Positions 17,778 to 26,995 of a DNA stretch of 64,000 nt are shown here, one piece after another (the stretch's first letter is position 1; the number at the start of each line of letters is the position of its first letter). The translations under genes and the position numbers were made by a program. The notes under the pieces were generated by a model. The model was given only the letters and a program-made list of their open reading frames with translations, ran no database searches and had not been told where the DNA came from. Where the stretch lies: assembly GCA_963667785.2 (NCBI GenBank), contig CAXXMU010000001.1, forward strand, positions 1 through 64,000, given 5' to 3'. The stretch comes from Alphaproteobacteria bacterium (GTDB lineage: Bacteria > Pseudomonadota > Alphaproteobacteria > UBA828).

Positions 17778-18170
17778 ATGCCGATCGCAGCAGCGGAACA
17801 GAACCGGGCGGTGCTCGCCATCGCGGGCGCCGGCGACGACTTCCTGGCGCTCGCCAGCGCCGACCCCGGCGCGAACGGCGCCAACCTGATCGCGGCCGCC
17901 GGCCGCGTCGCCATCGACCTCGGGCGGGAGAACGCCGACCCGGCGGGCGAGGTGAAGAACCTCGCGGCGGTGGACTTCGCGCCGACGGGCCTGGTGCAGA
18001 ACGCCACGCACTTCGCGATCATGGATGCCGCGGTCGGCGGCAACGTGCGCGCCTGGGGCCGGCTGGTCGACGACGCGGCGCAGGACACGACGGTCTCCCA
18101 GGCCACCGAGGACGACATCCTGCGGGTGCCGGCCGGCGCCGTCGTGGTGCGCATCCCGTCCGGCGTCTGA
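17778..18170 (+). CDS. Small tail/fibre-associated protein
   Basis: FLALASADPG...NLAAVDF...ATHFAIMDAAVGGN pattern of phage tail proteins; GGAAAGGA RBS. Confidence 0.6.
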   Translation: MPIAAAEQNRAVLAIAGAGDDFLALASADPGANGANLIAAAGRVAIDLGRENADPAGEVKNLAAVDFAPTGLVQNATHFAIMDAAVGGNVRAWGRLVDDAAQDTTVSQATEDDILRVPAGAVVVRIPSGV

Positions 18171-18202
18171 GCCGCAGCATCGCGTATCGCAGGGGGCGAT
18201 AG

Positions 18203-19885
18203 ATGACGCGCCAGGTCATCTCCCTCGGCGTCCGGGCCTTCGGGTCCGTGCCCGTCAGCGGCGAATGGAGTGGAGCCGTCCTGCTCGACCCGGCGCTGGT
18301 CGCCGGCGGCGGGGAAGCCTGGCTGGTCGAGATCGACAACATCGGCGGCAGCATCCGCATCCGGCTCGATGCGACCGCGAGCGGCGACGGCACCGCCGCC
18401 GGACCGGAGTGGACCGCGGCGCTGGAGAGTGCGGCCGGCGCGCTCACCTTCGCCGAGGCGGGCGGGGCGAGCGTCACGCTGCCCGGCCCCGGCCATGCGA
18501 GCAACGCCTTCGTCGACCCGACCGAGCCCTACTTCTGGACGCCGCGCGGTGCGCTCTGGCGCAACTGGCTCGGCGCGCTCGGCGAAGGCGAGGTCACGCT
18601 CACCCTCGATGACGGGATCGAGGCGATTGCGCTGCGCGGCACGGCGCGGGCCGGCCCGGCGGAGGCGAGCGCCCGCGTCGACGCGCTGCCTGCGCTCTCC
18701 CTCGCCGACTTCGACGAAGACGGGCTGGTGCTCGACGCGCTTGCGCTGATCCGCGCCGGCGACGGCGGCAACGGCATCATCTACGCCGCGCCGCCGCGCG
18801 GCACGGTGGGCGCGCTGGTCGCGGGCGAGCTCGGCCTCGGCGAGGACGAGGTGGCGATCACCCGGATCAGGCGGCGCAACGGCACCATGCTCGCCTTCAA
18901 CGATAACGACCCGCTCTCGCTCGCGGACTACTTCGGGCCGGGCGGCGCCGGCGCCGACCTCACGCTGACCGTCCAGACCCGCGACGGCCGCGCCTCGCTG
19001 CCCGCGTCCACGTTCGGGAGCGCGGGCGGCAACTTCGTCCAGTTCGGCCCGGTCGACGTCGCTTTCCAGGCGCTCCTCGACGGCATCGCCCAGGGCGACC
19101 TCTTCATCGTCGCCTTCACCCGCCCGGCGCGCCCGGTGCACGGGATCGCGGGCCGGGCGGCCGCCGGCGCGGCGGAAGCGCGCGCGCACGTTCTGGCCGT
19201 CACGCCGCCCGTCCGTGCGCTCGCCGGGCTCGCGGCGGCCGGGCCGGCGGAGGCCCGCGCCCGCCTGCGGCCGATCCCGGTGCGCATGGTGGGTGGCCGC
19301 GCCGCTTCGGGCGCGCCCGAGGCCCGCCTCGCGCTCCGCCTGGTGCGGACCTGGATGCTGCACGGCACGGCGTCAGCCGGCGCAGCGCAGGCGCTCGTCC
19401 GCCTCCTGCGGGTGCCGCCGGTCTCGGAGCAGTTCGCTCGGTCCTTGCGCGAGAGCGCGCCGGCCGCGCGGCTCGTGACGGCGCTGGAGATCAGCCATCC
19501 CGCCGTCGGTGCCCCGGTGCGCGTGGTGAACGATACCGAGGACCGCGTGATCGAGGGCGAGCGCTACATCGCGCTCCGCTTCGACGCCGGTCTCGCCGAC
19601 GACGTGGACGGCCAGGCGCCACAGGCGGTCATCGCCATCGACAATGTCGGGCGCGAGCTCACGCAATGGATCGAGGCGGCAGGCGGCGGTGCCGGCGCCA
19701 CGGTACGCGTCATCCAGGTGCTCGCCGTCGACGACCCGCCGATCGAGTGGGAGCTCACCATGGACCTCGCAGGCGTGCAGATCGACGCCGAGCGCATCAC
19801 CGCGCGCCTCGGCTTCGACCCGCTGCTCGGGCGCGCGGCGGTGACGCTGCGCCACGATCCGCAGACGAGTCCGGGACTCTTTTGA
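18203..19885 (+). CDS. Tail tip protein: N-terminal extension fused to a DUF1833-like C-terminal domain
   Basis: C-terminal LEISHP..VRVVNDTED..IAIDNVGRELTQWIE..HDPQTSPGLF; GxAxAGxAEA repeats upstream. Confidence 0.75.
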   Translation: MTRQVISLGVRAFGSVPVSGEWSGAVLLDPALVAGGGEAWLVEIDNIGGSIRIRLDATASGDGTAAGPEWTAALESAAGALTFAEAGGASVTLPGPGHASNAFVDPTEPYFWTPRGALWRNWLGALGEGEVTLTLDDGIEAIALRGTARAGPAEASARVDALPALSLADFDEDGLVLDALALIRAGDGGNGIIYAAPPRGTVGALVAGELGLGEDEVAITRIRRRNGTMLAFNDNDPLSLADYFGPGGAGADLTLTVQTRDGRASLPASTFGSAGGNFVQFGPVDVAFQALLDGIAQGDLFIVAFTRPARPVHGIAGRAAAGAAEARAHVLAVTPPVRALAGLAAAGPAEARARLRPIPVRMVGGRAASGAPEARLALRLVRTWMLHGTASAGAAQALVRLLRVPPVSEQFARSLRESAPAARLVTALEISHPAVGAPVRVVNDTEDRVIEGERYIALRFDAGLADDVDGQAPQAVIAIDNVGRELTQWIEAAGGGAGATVRVIQVLAVDDPPIEWELTMDLAGVQIDAERITARLGFDPLLGRAAVTLRHDPQTSPGLF

Positions 19886-19888
19886 TGT

Positions 19889-19980
19889 TCCCTCAATCGC
19901 CGGGCGCTCACTCCGTTCGCTTGGCTTTCGCGCTTGCGCGCGCGGCGCTATCGCGCCGTCCGGGCCTGCGGCCCGGCCCT
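19889..19980 (+). repeat. Repeat family B copy inside a 36-aa bridging mini-ORF (19885-19995)
   Basis: Matches 4006-4126 (minus strand); flanked by GATG on both sides. Confidence 0.8.
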
Positions 19981-19991
19981 GGAATGGGCAG

Positions 19992-20393
19992 ATGACGAGT
20001 CCCCACCACTGGACCGAGGCATGGCTCGGGCGGGCGTGGAAGGCCGGCGAGCACGACTGCGCCGACTTCGTGGTGGCGGTCCTGCGCGAGCAGTTCGAGA
20101 TCGCCCTCGACCTGCCGGCCCACGCCGCGAGCGCGCGCGGCTGGGATCGCCAGATCGCCACGCTCAAGGGCGACTATGCCTTGCCGACGATCTCGCCCCG
20201 CGACGGTGACGGCGTGCTCATGCACGCACGCGGCGCACGGCGCCTGCGCCGCTATCACCTCGGGCTCTGGGCCGGAATCGAGGGCGAGGCGCATGTGCTG
20301 CATTGTCAGGAGGCGGCCGGCTCGATCCTCCATCCCATCCGCGACCTCGGCCAGCGCGGCCTCGCGCTGGAGGGGATCTACCGGTGGCGGTAG
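19992..20393 (+). CDS. NlpC/P60-family tail protein
   Basis: WLGRAW..HDCADFV, YHLGLW, HVLHC catalytic motifs. Confidence 0.85.
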   Translation: MTSPHHWTEAWLGRAWKAGEHDCADFVVAVLREQFEIALDLPAHAASARGWDRQIATLKGDYALPTISPRDGDGVLMHARGARRLRRYHLGLWAGIEGEAHVLHCQEAAGSILHPIRDLGQRGLALEGIYRWR

Positions 20394-20401
20394 GGAAGAA
20401 C

Positions 20402-20612
20402 ATGACCGCCCTCATGCAGCGAAGCGGTAGGGCGGACATAGTCACCGCCGATCTCTGGCCGCATCCGCTGACGGCTGCTGGCCGCGAGACGCGGGTTGCC
20501 GCGATTCGGCCGGAGATGACGCTCGCCGATCTGATCGCGGAGATGCTCGGCGCCGACATCCCACGCGCGTCCGCGCTCAAGCAGCGAAGCGGTAGCGCGG
20601 ACGCGCCCATAG
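20402..20612 (+). repeat. Two in-frame family C hairpins in the fibre gene 5' end
   Basis: ATGACCGCCCTCATGCAGCGAAGCGGTAGGGCGGACATAG (20402-20441) and TCCGCGCTCAAGCAGCGAAGCGGTAGCGCGGA (20570-20601). Confidence 0.75.
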
Positions 20613-23600
20613 ATGCCATGATCGACGGCCGGCCGGTGGCGCGGGCGGCCTGGGCGACCACGCGGCTCCGGCCGGGGCAGATCGTCACCCTGCGGGCTGT
20701 CGCCGGCGACAGCGGCGGCGAGAAGAACCCGCTCCGCACCGTCCTCCAGCTCGCGCTGATCGTCGCCACCATCTACGTGCCGCCGCTGATCACCTCCAGC
20801 CTGCTCGGGCAGGCGGCGATCGGCGCCGCCATCGCCGTCGGCGGTGGGCTCGTCATCAACGCCATCGCGCCGCTGGAGCTGCCTGTGCCGGAGGCGGCGG
20901 CGCAGCCCGAGCCGCTCTACAGCCTCACCGGCGGTGCCAACCGGGCGCGCGCTTATGAGCCGCTGCTGCTGGTGCTCGGCGAGCACCGCGTCTTCCCCGA
21001 TCTCGCGGCGGCCGAGTACACCGAGATCGACGGCGAGGACCAGTACCTCCACCAGATATTCAACTTCGGCCTGGGCGACCTCGACCTGGACCCGCTCAGG
21101 CTCGGCGAGGCCGCCCTTGCCGACTACGAGGAGGTGGAGACCGAGTGGGCCGACGCGGCCGGCCGCATCGCGCTGGTCGCCGGCAACGTGGACACCGAGG
21201 CCGGCGCGGCGCTTGACGATACCGCCTTCGTCGCCCGCGTCACCGGGGCGCGGACGCGGCGCATCGGCATCGACATCGTCGGCCGGCTCTTCCGCGTCAC
21301 CGATCGCGGCGGGGTCGAGGAGCAGGCCGTCGAGATCGAGATCGAGTGGGAGGCGCCGGGGCACGCGGTCGAGCGGCGCACGGTCGAGCTCAGGAACGCG
21401 AGCCAGAGCGGCCTGCGCCGCACGCTTACCTACGAGCTCGGCGCCGAGGCGCAATGGACCGTGCGGGTGCGGCGCACCGCCGATCCGAGCGACAACGACC
21501 GCATCTACGACGACCTCGCCTGGGCGGCGCTCCGCTCCTACCAGCCGGACGAGGCGGACTATGCCGGCCAGACCCGCCTCGGCGTCCGCATCCGCGCTTC
21601 CGGCCAGCTCGCCGGCCGCCTCAATCGCCTCTCGGCCGTGGTGCGCCAGAAGGTGCCGACCTGGGACGGCGCCGACTGGACGCAGCCGCAGCCCTCCTCC
21701 AATCCCGCCTGGATCTTCCGCTGGTATGCGCGGGGCGTCTTCGTCGGCGGCCGCCTCGTCGCCGGCGCGGGGCTCGCGCCGGAGCGGATCGACGACGCGG
21801 CGCTCATCGCCTGGGGCGCCTGGTGCCAGGCGCAGGGGCTCCGCTGCGATCACGTGATCGACCGCGCGGTCTCCCACGCCGAGGTGCTGGCGCTGATCGC
21901 CCGCTGCGGCCGCGCCGCCGTCACCTGGCAGAGCGGCAAGCTCGGCGTCATCTGGGACGCGGAGGGCCGCCCGGCGACGGCGCTGGTCACGCCCGGCAAC
22001 ATCGTCGCCGGCTCCTTCCGGGTCGAGTACGCCACCGGCAAGGCGGCCGAGGAGGTCGTGGTCCGCTACCGCGAGCCCGCGCTCGACTGGCAGTACAACA
22101 CGCTGCGCCGCTCGGTGCCGGGGCTCATCGGCGCGCCCGCCTCCAGCGCCACGGTCACGCTGCCCGGCGTCACCGGCCGCGACCAGGCGGCGATGGCCTG
22201 CAACCTCCAGGTCGCGCGCCAAGTCTACCACCGGCGCCGGCTCATGTGGGAGATGGCGGCCGAGGGCTTGGCGCTCGCGCGCGGCGACGTGGTGCATATC
22301 ACGCACTCGCTGATCGACGGCGGCGCCGCCGGCCGGCTCACGGGCGGCACGGCAGGCCGTGTGACCCTCAATCGCCCGGTCGATCCCGGCGCCGATCCGC
22401 GCCTGCTGCTCAGGCTGCCCGACGGCACGCTGCACCAGACGGCGGTGACGCGGCCGCCGGGCATCCCCGGCGAGACCGCAGAGCTGGTGCTGGCGGACCC
22501 GCTGCCGGCAGCCCCCGATGCCGACGGCGCCAGCCCGCTCGATATCCTCTGGCGCTTCTACGACGAGGCGCTGCCGCCGGTGCGCGCCCGCATCATCGCG
22601 GTGCAGCCGCGCGGCGACCGTCATGTCCGCTTCGTCGCCATCGACGAGGTGGACGCCTACTACGCACTCGCGACGAGCGATCTCAGCGCGCCCTTCCCGG
22701 ATATCGTGTCGCGCACACCCCGCGTGCTCGCCGTGGCCTTCGCGCCCCGCCGGGTGCAGGTCGGCCGCGGCACCATGACCGAGCTGGAGGCGACGCTCAC
22801 CGTCGCCGGCGACTGGCGCGGCGCCACGGTGCGGGCCGGGCCGAGCTTCGCCGAGCTCGCCGTCGTCGCCCGCCTGGTGGACGGCGCCACCGTGGCGCGC
22901 TGGCTGGTGCTGCCGGAGACCGGCCAGGCGGTCGAGATCGTGCCGGGCTCCGAGGCCGCGCCCGCCGGCCCGCGCTTCCGCACGACCTGGATGCTGGAGC
23001 CGGGCCTCGCGCCGGCGCCGCCTACCGATCTCGCCGTGCGCGAGCACGAGGACGGCACCCGCATCTATAGCTGGACGCCGCCCGCGGCGCCGGACCTGGA
23101 GGGCGTGGTGCTGCGCTACGCCGTCGACCCGGCCGCCGTTTGGGCCGACATGACGCCGCTGCATGCGGGCTTCCTCACCGCCTCGCCGCTGGAGGCGCTG
23201 GAGCCCGGCGCCGGCACCTGGACTGTCGCGGCCCGCGCGGTCTCGACGTCGGGCCTCGAATCGGAATCGGTCTCGGTGCGCGCCACCTTCGGCGGCCAGC
23301 GCATCGGCGGGCAGCGCTGGCACGTCGTCGCCGGCCTGCCGCCGGCCTCCCTCGGCGCCGACGGCGACTTCGCGCTCCGCACCGACACGAACGCCGTCTA
23401 CGAGAAGCGGGCGGGTGCCTGGGTCGAGATCGCCGATCTCTCCGGCGCCGACGGCGCGCGCTGGCATGTCGGCGCCGGCGCGCCGCCTGCCTCCCTCGGC
23501 GCGGACGGCGACTGGTACTTCCGCACGTCGAACGCCGGCATCTATCGCAAGGCCGGCGGCGCCTGGGCCTTCCAGCTCGACATCGACGGCGTCGACGGCG

Positions 23601-26413
23601 CCACCTGGCACGGCGGCACCGGCCCGCCGGCGGCGGGCCTGGGCCGGGTCGGCGACTGGTACTTCCGCACCGACAACGGCTTCATCTACGAGAAGACCGG
23701 CGCCGCCACCTGGACCTTCCGTCGCGACATCACCGGGCCTCAGGGCATCGCCGGCGCGACGTGGCTCTCCGGCTCGGGCGCGCCTGCGGCCGGCCTCGGC
23801 GCCGACGGCGACTTCTACCTCGACGAGGACGATGCCTCGGTCTGGCGCAAGGCGGGCGGGGCCTGGGCGGCGGTCGCGAGCCTCGCCGGCGCCGACGGCG
23901 CCACCTGGCACACCGGCGCGGCCGAGCCGCCCGCCTCCCTGGGCGAGGACGGCGACTGGTACTTCCGCACGACCAACGCCGGCATCTATCGCAAGATCGC
24001 CGGCGCCTGGACCTTCGAGCTCGACATCGACGGCGCCGACGGCGCCACCTGGCACGGCGGCACCGGCCCGCCGCCGACCGGCCTCGGCGAGGTGGGAGAC
24101 TGGTACTTCCGCACCGACAACGGCTTCGTCTACCTCAAGACCGGCGCGGCCACCTGGACCTTCCAGCGCGACCTCACCGGCGAGCAGGGCGAGCCCGCGA
24201 GCCGGGGGCCGAACGTCTACCACTATCTCGTCTCGGCGCTGGAGCGGGCGCAGCTCGAAGCGGCTGGGAGCGTGCTGCCGGCGGCCTTCGTGGCGATCGC
24301 CGACGGCGAGACGGTCGGCGAGAACGTGGACGGCGACTGGATTCGCTTCTGGCGCCCCGGCTTCAACTCCTGGTGGAGCTGGGGAGCGGCCGCGAGCGCC
24401 TGGCGCAAGGCGGAAAACTGGATCGGCGCCGCCGACATCGACGCGGTGAACGTCCGCGCGATCAGCGGCGACTTCCGCGACCTGAACGTGACCGGCACTT
24501 TCAGCGCGGCCAATCTCGACCTCGGCGAGGGCCTGGCGGAGGAGGGCGGGCAGCTTCGCGGCGCGCGCCTGCTCTGGACCGGGAGCCAGGCCCTCGGCAC
24601 CACCGCGCGCGCGTTCGCGCTGGCGGAGCCGGCGGCGGCCTTCGGCGCCTTCCTCGTCTATTCCAGCGCCGGCATGCACGGCTTCACCGGGCGGGCGGGC
24701 CAGTCCAACGGCGTCACCGCCGGCGCCTCGGGCGGCGACCTGACGCTGCGCGTGCCCAACGCCTCGATCAGCGTCACCGTCATGGGCATCATCGGCTTCC
24801 GCGGGACGACGAGCGCGACGCCGCCGCCACCGCCACCGTCCCTGCCCGACGCCGACGCCCCGCGCGTGACGATCGCCGCCGTGACCTCGGTGGACGAGGA
24901 CGACACGCAGGTGCTCTCGGCTTCAGTGAGCGGCGGCACCTACGACACGCTCGAGTACGCCTGGAATGTCGAGTCCGGCGGCGGCTCGATCACCGGCTCG
25001 GGCGCGAACGTCACCTACGATCCGCCGGACGTGAGCGCCGATACCGCCGTCGTCGTGCGCTGCATCGTCACCGCGCGCGGCACCGGCACGAACGCCGAGA
25101 GCGGCACCAGCGACCAGGCGAGCGATACCGAGGGCTTCACCGTCAACCATGTGGCGGACCCGCCGCCGCCGCCGATGCTGCCCGATGCCGCTGCGCCGGC
25201 GGTCACCATCGCCGCCGTGGGCTCGGTGGACGAGGACGCGACGCAGGCGCTCTCGGCCAGCGTCTCGGGCGGCACCTACGACGAGCTGAGCTACGCCTGG
25301 GCGGTGGACTCCGGCGGCGGCTCGATCTCGGGCTCCGGCGCGAACGTGACCTACAACCCGCCGGACGTGACCGCAGACACCGCCGTCACCGTGCGCTGCA
25401 CCGTCACCGCGCGCGGCACCGGCACGAACGCCGCGACCGGCACCAGCGACACGGCCACGGATACCGAGGCCTTCACCGTCAACGTCGTCACCGCCCCGCC
25501 GGACCCGCCCGACCCGCCGATGCTGCCCGACGCCGAGGCGCCGGCGGTGACCATCGCCGCCGTGGGGTCGGTGGACGAGGACGCGACGCAGGCGCTCTCG
25601 GCCAGCGTCTCGGGCGGCACCTACGACGAGCTGAGCTACGCCTGGGCGGTGGACTCCGGCGGCGGCTCGATCTCGGGCTCCGGCGCGAGCGTGACCTACA
25701 ACCCGCCGGACGTGACCGCCGACACCGCCGTCACCGTGCGCTGCACCGTCACCGCGCGCGGCACCGGCACCAACGTCAAGGACGGCACATCCGACACGGC
25801 GAGCGATACCGAGGGCTTCACGGTCAACGTGGTGCTGCCCGCTGCCGACGCGCCGGCGGTGACCATCGCTGCCGTGGGCTCGGTCGACGAGGACGCGACG
25901 CAAGCGCTCTCGGCCAGCGTCTCGGGCGGCACCTACGACGAGCTGAGCTACGCCTGGGCGGTGGACTCCGGCGGCGGCTCGATCTCGGGCTCCGGCGCGA
26001 GCGTGACCTACAACCCGCCGGACGTGACCGCCGACACCGCCGTCACCGTGCGCTGCACCGTCACCGCGCGCGGCACCGGCACCAACGTCAAGGACGGCAC
26101 GTCCGACACGGCGAGCGATACCGAGGGCTTCACCGTCAACGTCGTGCGGACGGCGCCCGGCGCCCCGCGCAATGTCGCCGTCACCGTCACCGACGCCGGC
26201 AAGGGCCAGTTCAGCTACGCCGCCACCTGGGACGCGCCCGCCGACTGGGGCAGCGGCGCGAACCGCCGCTACGGCCGGCGCCGGACCCCCGGCGGCGAGC
26301 AGAGCGACACGAACGACACCTCGTGGAGCTTCACCGCCAACAGCAGCGGCATCGCCGTCGATATCCGGGCCGAGACCGACGACGGCGAGAGCGCATGGGA
26401 GAGGGCGAGCTGA
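20402..26413 (+). CDS. Central tail fibre / TipJ-like host-specificity protein with repeats, Ig-like domains and FN3
   Basis: YSLTGGANRARAYEPLLLVLGEHRVFPD, SNPAWIF and GDVVHITH J-type core; six ~49-aa repeats; four ~104-aa Ig-like repeats; C-terminal APGAPRNV..WDAP. Confidence 0.88.
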   Translation: MTALMQRSGRADIVTADLWPHPLTAAGRETRVAAIRPEMTLADLIAEMLGADIPRASALKQRSGSADAPIDAMIDGRPVARAAWATTRLRPGQIVTLRAVAGDSGGEKNPLRTVLQLALIVATIYVPPLITSSLLGQAAIGAAIAVGGGLVINAIAPLELPVPEAAAQPEPLYSLTGGANRARAYEPLLLVLGEHRVFPDLAAAEYTEIDGEDQYLHQIFNFGLGDLDLDPLRLGEAALADYEEVETEWADAAGRIALVAGNVDTEAGAALDDTAFVARVTGARTRRIGIDIVGRLFRVTDRGGVEEQAVEIEIEWEAPGHAVERRTVELRNASQSGLRRTLTYELGAEAQWTVRVRRTADPSDNDRIYDDLAWAALRSYQPDEADYAGQTRLGVRIRASGQLAGRLNRLSAVVRQKVPTWDGADWTQPQPSSNPAWIFRWYARGVFVGGRLVAGAGLAPERIDDAALIAWGAWCQAQGLRCDHVIDRAVSHAEVLALIARCGRAAVTWQSGKLGVIWDAEGRPATALVTPGNIVAGSFRVEYATGKAAEEVVVRYREPALDWQYNTLRRSVPGLIGAPASSATVTLPGVTGRDQAAMACNLQVARQVYHRRRLMWEMAAEGLALARGDVVHITHSLIDGGAAGRLTGGTAGRVTLNRPVDPGADPRLLLRLPDGTLHQTAVTRPPGIPGETAELVLADPLPAAPDADGASPLDILWRFYDEALPPVRARIIAVQPRGDRHVRFVAIDEVDAYYALATSDLSAPFPDIVSRTPRVLAVAFAPRRVQVGRGTMTELEATLTVAGDWRGATVRAGPSFAELAVVARLVDGATVARWLVLPETGQAVEIVPGSEAAPAGPRFRTTWMLEPGLAPAPPTDLAVREHEDGTRIYSWTPPAAPDLEGVVLRYAVDPAAVWADMTPLHAGFLTASPLEALEPGAGTWTVAARAVSTSGLESESVSVRATFGGQRIGGQRWHVVAGLPPASLGADGDFALRTDTNAVYEKRAGAWVEIADLSGADGARWHVGAGAPPASLGADGDWYFRTSNAGIYRKAGGAWAFQLDIDGVDGATWHGGTGPPAAGLGRVGDWYFRTDNGFIYEKTGAATWTFRRDITGPQGIAGATWLSGSGAPAAGLGADGDFYLDEDDASVWRKAGGAWAAVASLAGADGATWHTGAAEPPASLGEDGDWYFRTTNAGIYRKIAGAWTFELDIDGADGATWHGGTGPPPTGLGEVGDWYFRTDNGFVYLKTGAATWTFQRDLTGEQGEPASRGPNVYHYLVSALERAQLEAAGSVLPAAFVAIADGETVGENVDGDWIRFWRPGFNSWWSWGAAASAWRKAENWIGAADIDAVNVRAISGDFRDLNVTGTFSAANLDLGEGLAEEGGQLRGARLLWTGSQALGTTARAFALAEPAAAFGAFLVYSSAGMHGFTGRAGQSNGVTAGASGGDLTLRVPNASISVTVMGIIGFRGTTSATPPPPPPSLPDADAPRVTIAAVTSVDEDDTQVLSASVSGGTYDTLEYAWNVESGGGSITGSGANVTYDPPDVSADTAVVVRCIVTARGTGTNAESGTSDQASDTEGFTVNHVADPPPPPMLPDAAAPAVTIAAVGSVDEDATQALSASVSGGTYDELSYAWAVDSGGGSISGSGANVTYNPPDVTADTAVTVRCTVTARGTGTNAATGTSDTATDTEAFTVNVVTAPPDPPDPPMLPDAEAPAVTIAAVGSVDEDATQALSASVSGGTYDELSYAWAVDSGGGSISGSGASVTYNPPDVTADTAVTVRCTVTARGTGTNVKDGTSDTASDTEGFTVNVVLPAADAPAVTIAAVGSVDEDATQALSASVSGGTYDELSYAWAVDSGGGSISGSGASVTYNPPDVTADTAVTVRCTVTARGTGTNVKDGTSDTASDTEGFTVNVVRTAPGAPRNVAVTVTDAGKGQFSYAATWDAPADWGSGANRRYGRRRTPGGEQSDTNDTSWSFTANSSGIAVDIRAETDDGESAWERAS
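23306..24190 (+). repeat. Six intragenic ~49-aa repeats arranged ABC-ABC (444-bp period)
   Basis: GAxWHxGxGxPxxxLGxxGDWYFRT; Trp codons at 23318/23762, 23462/23906, 23606/24050. Confidence 0.9.
24842..26146 (+). repeat. Four tandem Ig/PKD-like domains, copies 2-4 nearly identical in DNA
   Basis: Units start at 24842, 25178, 25523, 25835; APAVTIAAVGSVDEDATQALSASVSGGTYDELSYAW. Confidence 0.92.
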
Positions 26414-26964
26414 TGGAGGTGCTGCGCAGCCACGAGATCGTCGCCGATCGGGAGCCGACGGCGGGGAAGATCGCGGTGCGCGTCCTCTGGGCCTACCAGG
26501 ACGCGGTGCTGATCGAGTGCGCCACGCCGGTCGGCGCGGCGGCCGCGATGGCGCACCCGAACCCGCCGAGCGGCTTCTCGACCGCCTACGTGCTGGCCGG
26601 CTCCTACCGCGCCACCGTGGGCACAGGCGGCAGCGCCAGCGGAGCGGCGCACGTCGAGACGGTCGCGGCGGGCGGCTTCAACCACGACGACCGCGAGACC
26701 TGGCCGGCGGGCGCGCCGGTGACCTACGAGGCCCATGCCGGCACCCGCTGGCGCTGCTTCCACCAGTCATGGCTGGCGCCGTCGCGGGCGGTGCAGTCCG
26801 TCCACGAGGCCCCGGCGACGATCGCCCTGCCGGCGGGCGGCCTGCTCGCCGTGATCGGCGGCGAGACCGACGCCGCAGACGGCACCTTCGTCCTGCGCAC
26901 GGACGAGGGCGCGACGGTCACGCTCACGCGCGGCTGGGCATGGCTCACGGCGCCCGCAGCGTGA
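26413..26964 (+). CDS. Hypothetical beta-rich protein coupled to the fibre gene
   Basis: TGATG overlap with the fibre stop; 183-aa open frame with host-like codon pattern. Confidence 0.65.
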   Translation: MEVLRSHEIVADREPTAGKIAVRVLWAYQDAVLIECATPVGAAAAMAHPNPPSGFSTAYVLAGSYRATVGTGGSASGAAHVETVAAGGFNHDDRETWPAGAPVTYEAHAGTRWRCFHQSWLAPSRAVQSVHEAPATIALPAGGLLAVIGGETDAADGTFVLRTDEGATVTLTRGWAWLTAPAA

Positions 26965-26995
26965 CGAGCGCGGCCACACCACGAGGAGGAAGACG

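Noticed and set aside
23306-26146. Possible DGR template/variable repeats or CRISPR array
   Set aside because: The repeats are in-frame protein domains, differences are not adenine-specific, there are no spacers, and no reverse transcriptase or cas gene is present.
6751-26413. Canonical RcGTA cluster or contractile injection system
   Set aside because: Terminase, protease, gp36 and gpG are Mu-type rather than RcGTA-type, and there are no sheath or baseplate wedge genes.
20378-26964. Long alternative-frame ORFs (1433 aa, 1274 aa) over the fibre gene, and similar shadows over atpA-D and oxoprolinase
   Set aside because: Arg/Gly/Pro-rich shadow frames typical of high-GC DNA; only 26413-26964 is retained.
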